Positions 31,301 to 40,856 of a stretch of 64,000 nucleotides of DNA are shown here, piece after piece (positions within the stretch are counted from its first letter, which is position 1; each line of letters opens with the position of its first letter). This stretch comes from TPA_inf: Saccharomyces (taxonomy: Eukaryota), in NCBI GenBank assembly GCA_000146045.2, contig BK006939.2, positions 448,001 through 512,000 on the forward strand, given 5' to 3'. The notes under the pieces were generated by a model that saw nothing but the letters and a program-made list of their open reading frames with translations, did not search any database and had not been told where the DNA came from. Made by a program: the position numbers and the translations under genes.

Positions 31301-34300
31301 GACACGCTGCAACTCTTTGCACCAACATACCGTTTTGCCATATTTTCTAATACCGTAGTTGTAGTAGTAAAGCTTTTATAAGTGTTGAAGAATGTTTCTG
31401 TGAAAATATCATTGTCCATAGTTAGTTTAACGAATGCATAATCTAGTAGTCCTATGTTATCATCGGAAAGCCCTCTGGTAGAATGACCCCTTTGTCTTTG
31501 ATGATAGTAATAATTCTCAAGGTCTTTAGTGTCTACCAATTTTGAAAAGATATTTGAAGTTAATACCAGTAAATCAAAAATCTTTTCTAGCGACGACGAT
31601 TTCAATACGACACGAATAATCGATTCTTTTAGTGAATCTGATACTTGACCAATATTGTTGAAAAAGTCCATATTTTCTAATGTCTTACTTAGTCTTCCAG
31701 TGGTATCCAAGGAATCTCTCATCTTTTGGTTTGGAGTAGCTGGATTATTAATAAGCATGGAAGAGTGTTGTGAGAATCTCTTTGGTGTTTCTATGACCAT
31801 ACTAGCAGGACGGGATTTACCATCATTATCGTATACCGATTTAAATACTAACTCATCTGATATATGAAACACATCCATGTCAATATTAAAAACATCTCTC
31901 ACAGATTTTAATAGTCTCTGTTTATTTGATTGTTTTGACGACATCTCTTTGATCACAGGTCCGTCAATTTTTCCAACACCTGTAACTTTATTATTATCAT
32001 TTTTTGAGGACATAGCATCATCTGTTAATGAGCCCATAGTGTGACTGTTTGAAGCTATTGGAATTGGTTCACTGATTGAAAGTGATTTTGAGAGGCGCGC
32101 GGATGATCTTGGAGGCGGCAACTTCGCATCACTGGCAGCACCCACTAATGTATTCTTAGGAAATAGTGAATAATTTGGGAATAGTTCATTGAATAAAATG
32201 GGTAAATAACTTCCAGTTACTAAAGCACTCCTTTGAGAACCAATAGTAGAATACGCTTTCTGGTCGATTATTGGAGGTTCGTGTTGGACACTTAATTTCA
32301 TTATTCCTTCAATGTTCAACGGAGGTTGTGATAAATGAAATTTCCAGAGCTGATAAACAACGTTATTAGGAGAATCATTATCCCTGACGTTTTCTGTCGA
32401 ATTAGTTTTATGTCTCGTAGAGTCGATTGCTTGTAATCTTTGTTGCCATTTATGAAAAGCGTTTTTTGTTCTGTTAATTTTCTTTTCCAAGTACTTGAAT
32501 TTCGTATCAGATGGTAAATCATCAGCATGAATTAATAAATCGCCAAAATAAGAAATCACGTTAGCTCTCGTAAAGTCGTCATCCAGATTTGGAGGAGCGA
32601 GTATGAAAACACTACTTGTAGATTTAGATGTCCTTTGTCGCCTCTCTAACTGAATAATGGTAGGAACCCAATCTTTAAAAATAGTTTTCAATGACTGATC
32701 AGGAACATATTTCCATGAAGATGACCTTAGTACAGGAATTGAACAAATGATAGTGGCGACAGCTAGCCATGATACCATGTCTCCTAAATGTTCAAATCTA
32801 CAGCCAATTTGGACCCATTTATCTAATAACTCAGCTCTCACTTTTGGAGTCACTTTTTTACTAAACTCAGGATTTGTTGGAAATAAATGTGATATTAGTA
32901 GCCTTCCAAGAAAATGGATATTTTGGTCGTTGTTGAATACCAATGGATTTAACGAGACAATTCTTCGATTAATAAACTTCGAATCATACAGCAGAGAATA
33001 GTCAAATTTCGGTGCCCATACTTTATCAAACTTTAAATTGATATGATGAACTTCATCAGCCAATGTTGTAATGTCTAAAGACAGGAAATGACTTGGATCC
33101 AATATAATCTCTAATTCATGTGTAGATGATGTTGCCATTGGAAGAGATCGAGTGAATGCGGTAAGTTTCATTAATTCGTTATGTTTATTGGCGATTTTAA
33201 TTTTCAAATTGTTGGAAATTTCATCGTTATGCAAAGATATAGTATCTAATAAGGAAATTATAGTCTTCAGCATTGGTTCATCCAGCAAAAATCCCGGAAA
33301 TACATCAAGGATTGTTTTAGCAGTTAAAGCTAATCTTTGAGTCATGGAGTCATCGACAGCAGGGGATATGTTGTAGAATTGTGTGGAATTATTTGTCAAT
33401 CTTGATTTATTCTTGGTAAAAGAAAGACCGAATTGGTTGAATACCTTTAGAAACTTAATGAAATGATCTAGTAATGGAAACATCAATAACAGATTAATAA
33501 CAGCTCTATGTGTCTTAGATAATGATTTCTCATTAGGTACGTCCGATTGCTTTGGACCGGGGTAAAATAAGACTGTGTGACATAAACTTTCTATTGTGCC
33601 TGATATAATTTTACCATCACTGTCTTGTCTTAAATCTGGGTGCGGGTAAACTTCAGATAAATACTTCAGGTCCAGTGTAATAGGTTCACCCATTTGGCCA
33701 AATGATTGCTTTTGGTGCAGAGCTTCCGCTTGTGCTTGGTTGTTTGTTTGTTGTTTTTTCTGTTGATGGTTTTCATTTGCTATACTACTATTTGAAGCTG
33801 GTAAAGTTGGATCAAAAAACTTAATGTTACTATTCAAACCACTTTTGTAAAGGTTGAGAACGCAACCTTTCAATTGAGCCCTATAAAGACGGTAATCAGG
33901 TACTAGCATTTGAGGATCTATAGCCATGCTGCTTCTTGCTGAGGCCACATCATTGCCACTGTTAGTGGCCGTAGTACTACTGCTGTCATCATTTTTTAAA
34001 GACGAACCGTCGTTCCCATAAAACCTGCTTTCCCTGTTTCTAGAATACGCATCATTACGGAGATTCTGAGAGGAGGACGAAGAGGAAGAGGAAGGGGCTG
34101 TCATTGAGCTATTATAGTTTGTAGCAACAGTCTGGCCATGGGACTTATTAACCCATCCAGTCTTAAAAACAGTTGTATCATAGTTTTCAGAGTTTAAGTG
34201 GATAACATTTCTTTGCTTTTGCTCGTTATCGTTGTTATTATTGCTATTGTTATTATTAGTGCCGCTACTGTTACTGATACCTGAAGTGTTCAACGATTTC

Positions 34301-34848
34301 TCTAGCGTAGTTCCAGTGCTACATCGAGACTGAGGAGGTGATAAAGACGAGGAACGTGAAGGCAACAATGAGTCTTTCGAATGGGCACTCTTCTTGTACG
34401 CAATGGGAGTCTCATCCTGGGCATTGGACTTCTGGCTAGAAGAATTGCTTATTTCATCTTCGGAGCAGACAGACGGAGAATCGTCTTTTAGCGTAGAGGC
34501 TATGCTTCTAGAAGATCTGGTGTTAGTATCCGAATGATACATCCCCAAGTTCACCTGACTGGAACTAGTGGATGTGTACTGCTTGGAGGGTGGAAATACG
34601 GAGCTTTTTCTCTTATCTCTGTTGTTGTCTTCCCCTCTGTGGTGACTGTGTCCCTGGCCATGGTGATGGTGGGAATGCATGTATGGAGAAGCACCGCTTG
34701 TCGAGTTTCGAATAGTTTGAGAGGATGATGACGGCGACGACGACGATGCTGTAGACGCAGTAGTTGTCTTATGAGACGTGGAAGTTGAGCTTGAACTAGC
34801 ACTGGCCGTTGAAGATTTCCTGTTCTTAGACCAGAGAAGACCTTTCAT
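28345..34848 (-). CDS. BEM2: Rho GTPase-activating protein Bem2, 2167 aa, with a C-terminal PH-like domain and RhoGAP.
   Basis: The 2167-aa ORF has a C-terminal RhoGAP domain (GLYRIPGSIGSINALK...). Its N-terminus is S/N/T-rich and low-complexity. Confidence 0.92.
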   Translation of the reverse strand: MKGLLWSKNRKSSTASASSSSTSTSHKTTTASTASSSSPSSSSQTIRNSTSGASPYMHSHHHHGQGHSHHRGEDNNRDKRKSSVFPPSKQYTSTSSSQVNLGMYHSDTNTRSSRSIASTLKDDSPSVCSEDEISNSSSQKSNAQDETPIAYKKSAHSKDSLLPSRSSSLSPPQSRCSTGTTLEKSLNTSGISNSSGTNNNNSNNNNDNEQKQRNVIHLNSENYDTTVFKTGWVNKSHGQTVATNYNSSMTAPSSSSSSSSQNLRNDAYSRNRESRFYGNDGSSLKNDDSSSTTATNSGNDVASARSSMAIDPQMLVPDYRLYRAQLKGCVLNLYKSGLNSNIKFFDPTLPASNSSIANENHQQKKQQTNNQAQAEALHQKQSFGQMGEPITLDLKYLSEVYPHPDLRQDSDGKIISGTIESLCHTVLFYPGPKQSDVPNEKSLSKTHRAVINLLLMFPLLDHFIKFLKVFNQFGLSFTKNKSRLTNNSTQFYNISPAVDDSMTQRLALTAKTILDVFPGFLLDEPMLKTIISLLDTISLHNDEISNNLKIKIANKHNELMKLTAFTRSLPMATSSTHELEIILDPSHFLSLDITTLADEVHHINLKFDKVWAPKFDYSLLYDSKFINRRIVSLNPLVFNNDQNIHFLGRLLISHLFPTNPEFSKKVTPKVRAELLDKWVQIGCRFEHLGDMVSWLAVATIICSIPVLRSSSWKYVPDQSLKTIFKDWVPTIIQLERRQRTSKSTSSVFILAPPNLDDDFTRANVISYFGDLLIHADDLPSDTKFKYLEKKINRTKNAFHKWQQRLQAIDSTRHKTNSTENVRDNDSPNNVVYQLWKFHLSQPPLNIEGIMKLSVQHEPPIIDQKAYSTIGSQRSALVTGSYLPILFNELFPNYSLFPKNTLVGAASDAKLPPPRSSARLSKSLSISEPIPIASNSHTMGSLTDDAMSSKNDNNKVTGVGKIDGPVIKEMSSKQSNKQRLLKSVRDVFNIDMDVFHISDELVFKSVYDNDGKSRPASMVIETPKRFSQHSSMLINNPATPNQKMRDSLDTTGRLSKTLENMDFFNNIGQVSDSLKESIIRVVLKSSSLEKIFDLLVLTSNIFSKLVDTKDLENYYYHQRQRGHSTRGLSDDNIGLLDYAFVKLTMDNDIFTETFFNTYKSFTTTTTVLENMAKRYVGAKSCSVSISKILDRSDDSKMKINEDTNLVSSSLYDQNFPVWDMKVTDDENINLIYMAKIQIGAAEAILHLVKNHYSDFTDDLCNNSTLLDIIKIMEQEVSTEWPTRIANSKLQKSLPENFVIETENLLTTLTDLFHGIKSAYQKQLYRPIGVNRTQKRITDILNSFNTFSFTDLNNIIDDPSFSDDMIRSFQKLHSTNYEDILEWIYQLDNFISKKFNLVSKKDWIVLFQELELLSKESLVSFFNYPLHFKSSKLINPGYLQLHEFEISNLFTWISTLILKDDNGTESLFFEKLPQSIKLLIKLHTSLTTFFVMEISNVNKSSSERLTTCKVILQILNYIRWKNGSLDLFDSEEDESPHAICPHIPAFIETAIAHAIISPESRNYELSWIKASEKLSDPTKGTQNLRSISNVLEKIDDIHIKRFIEIDDVFSKNCKNLCPCPGWFISRLLEISQFVPNMSITNSKLINFDKRRFVNNIISNVLDLIPNEREFPLDIEMSDENPSKRTTFGRILFNNFEDVNKVYRKKTKKVSESEAISERFQEQGVFNEILVNEIEKIKREARKLEVLLDQEKILKNSAALHQAVPKKNRKSVIISGTHSDNDHSYNINKNTGQTPSLGSVMESNNSARNRRDSRASFSTNRSSVVSNSSHNGVSKKIGGFFRRPFSIGGFNTSSSNYSLNSILSQEVSSNKSILPSILPEVDSMQLHDLKPSYSLKTFEIKSIMEIINHRNIPAYYYAFKIVMQNGHEYLIQTASSSDLTEWIKMIKASKRFSFHSKKYKGKTHNKIFGVPLEDVCERENTLIPTIVVKLLEEIELRGLDEVGLYRIPGSIGSINALKNAFDEEGATDNSFTLEDDRWFEVNAIAGCFKMYLRELPDSLFSHAMVNDFTDLAIKYKAHAMVNEEYKRMMNELLQKLPTCYYQTLKRIVFHLNKVHQHVVNNKMDASNLAIVFSMSFINQEDLANSMGSRLGAVQTILQDFIKNPNDYFKQ

Positions 34849-35324
34849 TAGACTCCTGCTTCGTTATTTGTTTTTTTTGTGTCTATCCAGAAAAGGCACG
34901 ACGACCGTGTGTTCTTTTAAACTGAAACGTTTGCTTGTTTGTTCTGTTGGAAAAAATGGGACTGATCTGCAGTCTCCTAACCAAAGAGGGAAAAAAAAGA
35001 AAGAAAATTGCGTATAGCGGGAACGGGAGAATACGAAATCTGTATATTAAAAATGAAAAAGAATGTTTGAGTTAGCAGACAGTACCAGTGGCTGCAACGT
35101 AGCTTGCTTCTTTTGTTTTTGTTTTTTGTGCAACAAGAGCCGTCTGATATCTTGTGTTCTCAGGTCATTTTCAAGAGCGTGTTTCACCGAGGGGAATATG
35201 TTTCAGGATTCGCGGCGGGAAGATTTTTGCTTGCATTAAAGATTTACTTACTATACAGAATAAATAGTGGAATTGTTAAATATTATTAAATAGATAAGGG
35301 ACCTGACTGAGCGCTCGCTCCCGA

Positions 35325-36341
35325 CTAGGCCAAAGACATCTTAGCCAGCTCATATACAGCCTCTTTGGACTTGGCACCTCCAATGAAACCTGCTGCATGA
35401 ATGAAGATACATCCTGGCACACCGCTCTTGGTGCTCAGCTCTTCGTCTCTGAGGCCTCTTAATGGCTCCGGCAAACCTCTCCTAAACTGGAAGGAGGTGG
35501 AGTTGATTGGTACAGTAGATACCCTCCAGGCACCAGAAGAGTCTGTGAAGAGAACAAACTCGATTTGCTTTTCAATGTTCTTCTCTCTTTCCAGCTCGTA
35601 TAGATGCTCCTTCCATGGACAGAATTGGGGCAAGACAATGATTTTGCCACTCTTATCAACATCCATTCTTTCATCAATGGCTTGCGCCACAAGGGCCTTG
35701 GCTGGCAACCACGATTGACCGTAGCCTCTTACCAATGTGACAAAGACCCCACCGATAAACTCACTTGCGCGAGCAAAGCATCTGTCAAAAGACTCATCGG
35801 AAGTGTCTTCGTTCCAGTTAGGATTCATACCTGAAATAATCCCGGGAATGCTGATGGCGTTATCCCTGAAATTCGGTTCCAAGTTGGAATCCTTAGGAAT
35901 CGTGTACTTGCTAATACCGTTGTCGTTTGCATCCAGTGCCTCGACAAATTGTTTGTATACCTTGTCATAGAGCAGATCTAAATCAGAGCTGCTAACCTTG
36001 TTGTTCAAAATTGTTTTGATAATGTCACGACCGTAGTGTTTGAAGATCAGACCAGCACTTGAGAGCTTAGTCTTGTATTTCTCGTTGAAAGTTTCGAAAA
36101 ATCCACGCTGGTGGTGGTCAAAAAATTTCACGCCGTCATACTGAGCTCCTACATCCACTAGAATGTCACTAGCCTCCCAGTCCTTGGGATTTCTTGATCT
36201 AACCAACTTAGCATCTTTAAATTCGGGTAGTAGCCTTAACATGTATACCGCCAACGACTCGTCCGCGTGAAAAGATCCGGAATGCGTGCATATTTGTTTG
36301 GACATTTTTGAATTTAGCTTTACTCTTTTTACGCTATTCAT
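35325..36341 (-). CDS. YER156C: Myg1/UPF0160-family metal-dependent protein YER156C, 338 aa.
   Basis: The Met at 36341 gives 338 aa. It carries the conserved HSGSFHADE motif of the Myg1 family. Confidence 0.8.
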   Translation of the reverse strand: MNSVKRVKLNSKMSKQICTHSGSFHADESLAVYMLRLLPEFKDAKLVRSRNPKDWEASDILVDVGAQYDGVKFFDHHQRGFFETFNEKYKTKLSSAGLIFKHYGRDIIKTILNNKVSSSDLDLLYDKVYKQFVEALDANDNGISKYTIPKDSNLEPNFRDNAISIPGIISGMNPNWNEDTSDESFDRCFARASEFIGGVFVTLVRGYGQSWLPAKALVAQAIDERMDVDKSGKIIVLPQFCPWKEHLYELEREKNIEKQIEFVLFTDSSGAWRVSTVPINSTSFQFRRGLPEPLRGLRDEELSTKSGVPGCIFIHAAGFIGGAKSKEAVYELAKMSLA

Positions 36342-36787
36342 GCAGACTTTTTGGGCTGGGCTCTTCAATTCCACAGCTTTTCGATAGTATTAACACATCA
36401 TTACTTTCTACGTTGACAGAAAATTTTCGTGATTTGCCGTTCCCATCGCTCGAAAAGAAAGTGAAAAACTGAAAAAAATAATAGAGATTTATCAATGAAT
36501 ACAGTAATCCAAAGACGAGAGAAGAGCAGGAAAATTCGTACTTATATTGCAACTTAATGGTGGGCTCAGATTTTTCGATGCTCTGCCTCGTAACTCTAAG
36601 TATCAGCTGCGGATGGATCATAAGTAGTATTAATATAGAATATAGAGGCGCAAATTGAGGTTACCCTGTATAACGGCAGTCGTTGCGTCCATTGTTATGT
36701 AAAGTCTTGGCTTTATAGACACACAATAAATACTCCCAGCATGAATTGTTTTACCCAATATTGCACGAATTATCGACACATCCAAAG

Positions 36788-39193
36788 ATGGCGAGAAGTA
36801 GAAAGAATTCATTGGTTCGAGATATTGCGTCTCATCCGACTATACCAGAATCTCAGACCATAGTGGGTTTACTGGACGATTCGTACCTTTTTGATAAGCT
36901 AAAAAAGCTATCTTTGGCTGTGGAAAATTCTGACAGTCTGCAAAGAACTGATGTCTCAGAAGGTTGTTCAGAGGTTAATGGTTCTGAAGCTACGACTTCT
37001 GCGGATGTAAAAAAGACAAACAAGTATTTGTATTATACTACCTATTTGGACCAGTTAAACATTAAGATAGACGAGTATAAAGTTGTTCTGGATCAAACAC
37101 GCCAGGTTAACGATCAATTGGATAGTTCCATCAAGAAATTTCGGAAAATCTCTCAGGATACTGGAGCTTTCATTGAGGAAACGAAGACGATCTATGAAAA
37201 GCAGTCTAAATTAAGCAATCTAACTGAGTCAATCCCTAAAGCTCTCCATTATTTTGAAGTTTTAGACCCTATAATGCGTCGCTTGAACCATGCCACTTCT
37301 CCCGCTATTGTTAAGAAGAGCTCCTTTACGACAATGTTGGCGACTATCGACGAGTCTTTACGTTTTTTGGATGAGAATAGTGACCTCAAGGATGCGGCAG
37401 CGTACAGAATCAAGTTCAAGCAATGCTTGATCAGAGCCTGTGAATTGATATCTCACTTTTTAACGAATCTGTTGAAACAAACAAATCAAGAAATTTTGGA
37501 TAAAACCAAAAACAAAAATTCGTTAACTGGGTTGCCGTCGACTACAAGAGACGCCTTCTTGTACAGTAAATTCTATACCATAGCTGATACTTTCAAAATT
37601 CAGGTTTCGGAAATTGTTAAGAGAAGCAACGAAAAAGCCTACAACAAGTATCACGATGAACTGAATTCCATTCTTTACGAGTGTTTCAACCACTATTTCC
37701 AAACACGTTTAAGACTGCTAACTCCGGTCATTTGGTCACACATTGATGAAATTGTTGTTAAAGATAAGGACCAGGGCTTGGTCAAATTCATTCAAGACGG
37801 TAAGGTTTATTTTCAGCAGTTATGCGCGGACGAATACAAACTTTTCGTAGAATTTTTCCCTGAAAAGGAATGTCGTTTCAAGATTAATCAGTGGTTCTTA
37901 CAGTTATGTGAACCCCTTTATGACTCCATTAGAGTCAGGGTTTTGAAAGAGACAGATATTTGTACTTTGTGTGACTCAGTGACTTTGTTTGCTCCATATT
38001 ATGAATTTGAAGAAGGTTCAGAAGAATACGTGAAGCAGTTTACCGACATTCAGTATGATAAACTATTCGAACCGATTGTCCAAAAAGTGCAGGCTAGATT
38101 AATTTTAAGAGTGCAAATATATGTCCAACAAAATATTTTGAGCTATAGGCCCACTAGGGACGTTTTCATGATTTCAAATAGAAGGAGAAAATCGAAGACC
38201 AGCTTACAAGGGGGTAACGAAGATGCTACTACTAGTGATGACAATCCAGATCCCTTGTTAGAATCTTATTTATCTTCTTTCAAGAATAGAAGCATATTGC
38301 CCATATCCCCTAATGATGCAGACGATAAAAGTATTGATTCAGAAGAATCTACTGATAAAATTTCACAGTTGCAAACATATTATCCGCCCTTGTTAAAGAC
38401 TTTGGCTTTATTGTCCAAAATTTATGAAATGATCAATTCTGTGGTATTTGATGATTTAGCTCACCATGTAGTCCACGACTGTATTGTATCCTTGAGAAAT
38501 GCCTATGATATGGTTATCAAATCTTCAGCGGGAAAATCTGATTTTAACAACTTAGATATTTCATTAGCGTACCTAAAAAATTTGTTGATGTTACGTGATT
38601 CCATACAGAACTTTAATATTCAATATACAGTTAATGAAACTTATCTGGATTTTTCTGGTGTTGAGGGGTTTTTCAAATCACTTAAAGAAAATGGTAGAAA
38701 CGTTTTGAAAAAGACAAAGTCATCTTCAATATTGACCCTGGCAAGAGAGCTGGTTCCAAAAGTTGTAAACAATATGGTGGACGCCCGTACGGAACTCATA
38801 TCTGAATTGAGAAACGTCATTAAAGATTTTACTGAAAGCACTTCTTTGGAGCTTATTGATGACACTTTAGATATCAATAGTGATGAAGATCTGTTAAGCA
38901 AAAACGTAAAATTAAGAGAGAATATAAAGGCCAGATTACCAAGAATATATGAACAGATATTGAACTATATCGATGATCAAGAGATTGTTACTAATTTATT
39001 AGACGCTGTGCAAGAGTTAATTACACAATCATATTCCAAATATTATGAAACTATAACTGAATTGGCAGAAAATGGAAAGTTTGCTAAGGATCAAGTCGCA
39101 GACGTAATGTACTTGGACGTCTTCACAGATTTTTTTGCCAAAGAGGTGGCGGATCTTTTAAGAAATGGTGATATTGATACCATAACGAAATAA
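36788..39193 (+). CDS. COG3: Conserved oligomeric Golgi complex subunit Cog3 (Sec34), 801 aa.
   Basis: The Met at 36788 (MARSRKNSLVRDIASHPTIPES) gives 801 aa. The protein is predicted helical and coiled-coil. Confidence 0.85.
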   Translation: MARSRKNSLVRDIASHPTIPESQTIVGLLDDSYLFDKLKKLSLAVENSDSLQRTDVSEGCSEVNGSEATTSADVKKTNKYLYYTTYLDQLNIKIDEYKVVLDQTRQVNDQLDSSIKKFRKISQDTGAFIEETKTIYEKQSKLSNLTESIPKALHYFEVLDPIMRRLNHATSPAIVKKSSFTTMLATIDESLRFLDENSDLKDAAAYRIKFKQCLIRACELISHFLTNLLKQTNQEILDKTKNKNSLTGLPSTTRDAFLYSKFYTIADTFKIQVSEIVKRSNEKAYNKYHDELNSILYECFNHYFQTRLRLLTPVIWSHIDEIVVKDKDQGLVKFIQDGKVYFQQLCADEYKLFVEFFPEKECRFKINQWFLQLCEPLYDSIRVRVLKETDICTLCDSVTLFAPYYEFEEGSEEYVKQFTDIQYDKLFEPIVQKVQARLILRVQIYVQQNILSYRPTRDVFMISNRRRKSKTSLQGGNEDATTSDDNPDPLLESYLSSFKNRSILPISPNDADDKSIDSEESTDKISQLQTYYPPLLKTLALLSKIYEMINSVVFDDLAHHVVHDCIVSLRNAYDMVIKSSAGKSDFNNLDISLAYLKNLLMLRDSIQNFNIQYTVNETYLDFSGVEGFFKSLKENGRNVLKKTKSSSILTLARELVPKVVNNMVDARTELISELRNVIKDFTESTSLELIDDTLDINSDEDLLSKNVKLRENIKARLPRIYEQILNYIDDQEIVTNLLDAVQELITQSYSKYYETITELAENGKFAKDQVADVMYLDVFTDFFAKEVADLLRNGDIDTITK

Positions 39194-39330
39194 ACTTATG
39201 TGTAATTTCAACTTTTTCTATAATTTTCATGCATACATAAATCTGATATCGAAATAAAAATTACATTACACGGTAAAAAAAATGTTTTCAAAGCTTTTGA
39301 TCGTAAGCGATTGAAAAAATATAACGAATA

Positions 39331-39402
39331 CTCCGATACGGGGAGTCGAACCCCGGTCTCCACGGTGAAAGCGTGATGTGATAGCCGTTACACTATATCG
39401 GA
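39331..39402 (-). tRNA. tE(UUC): tRNA-Glu (anticodon UUC), 72 nt.
   Basis: The reverse complement is TCCGATATAGTGTAACGGCTATCACATCACGCTTTCACCGTGGAGACCGGGGTTCGACTCCCCGTATCGGAG, with anticodon loop CTTTCAC and B box GGTTCGACTCC. A T6 run lies downstream on the minus strand (39316-39321). Confidence 0.95.
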
Positions 39403-39833
39403 TTAAATTCATGAATTTTTTAGGGCTCCGAATATTGTAAATTCGTTAACAATTCAAGCAACTCATTTAAACAAGTAATCAATAAAGTCAAAATATATAA
39501 ACAAATTAAGATCGCTGCCAAAGTAGTGATCAACCAAGAGACATTAAGGTTGTTATCTCGTGGACCACAACGCACCTAGATGCATGCAAACATAACAACA
39601 GTGGAATTCATTTGTTAGATTTGAATTTGCCTTAACATTGCGGTTCGTAAGTTTTCTAGGTGACAGATACCGGAGAAAGGTGAATCGAACTGTATCGTAA
39701 TGTACTACTACTTACTCATATTTTTGGTTCAGTGGGATTTATTGACGTTAAGCTCACTTTTATCATCCTAGTTCAATGTAAAGATTTATGAGATTATTTA
39801 AAGAAGTTTTCAAAGTATTTGTATGATTAATAG

Positions 39834-40165
39834 TGTTGGAATAAAAATCAACTATCATCTACTAACTAGTATTTACGTTACTAGTATATTATCATATACG
39901 GTGTTAGAAGATGACGCAAATGATGAGAAATAGTCATCTAAATTAGTGGAAGCTGAAACGCAAGGATTGATAATGTAATAGGATCAATGAATATTAACAT
40001 ATAAAACGATGATAATAATATTTATAGAATTGTGTAGAATTGCAGATTCCCTTTTATGGATTCCTAAATCCTAGAGGAGAACTTCTAGTATATCTACATA
40101 CCTAATATTATAGCCTTAATCACAATGGAATCCCAACAATTACATCAAAATCCACATTCTCTACA
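39834..40165 (+). repeat. Solo delta LTR (Ty1/Ty2 type), complete, about 430 bp upstream of tRNA-Glu.
   Basis: It begins TGTTGGAATAAAAATCAACTATCATCTACTAACTAG and ends ATGGAATCCCAACAATTACATCAAAATCCACATTCTCTACA. It is about 99% identical to 1321..1630. Confidence 0.9.
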
Positions 40166-40856
40166 AATAGCCCTTCACCTTACATTGCACCACTGGTTGA
40201 ACAGTCCATTTTTAAATCTCTCCCATTTTGTTATTGGTATAATGGGGCATGTAAACCTGTACGAGATCCCCAGAAATTACGATGTAAATACCTACATTGG
40301 TATTACAGTTTTTTATGTGAATTAAAATTTATCATCTTAAGATTATTACCACAGCACTATATTCTGAACATTATTCGAAATGATATAATTCAAATATTCC
40401 CTATCAGTATGTCCATAGGCGATAAAAATGTGATTAAGTAATTTTCGAGCCCCCGCGTTAAGCAAGCATCCATCAATAAAAACTTCATTAACACTCTTAG
40501 ATAATCACTGTAAAAAATTCTAATTATCGGTTAAGGTTATAAAGTTAGGTAGCTGGTAAAAAAGCGATTGATCTCAGACATATCTTTTAAATGTTAAAAC
40601 TCATCGCTCTTCAGGGAAATCTTACGCGCTATTTTTACAGTCGCGCGGGTCTTAACCATAATTTTTTACCGCTGCAAATATTTGAATGCTATAAGAGCAG
40701 ATAAAAAATAGATTATAGAAATTAACCTGTTAAAACAATTATCCAAAATGTAGTAAGTATTTATCTTACGTAAAAAGTTCGATGCATATAAAATAAAATA
40801 GAATATATAAAGAGATACAACAGAGTCTCAAGAAGGAAAAAAGCTTGATGAACCCG

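Noticed and set aside
40125-40325. The 66-aa ORF starting MESQQLHQNPHSLQ as a gene.
   Set aside because: It is the first codons of a Ty gag carried at the end of a solo delta LTR, running into flanking DNA. It is a transposon relic and not a host gene.
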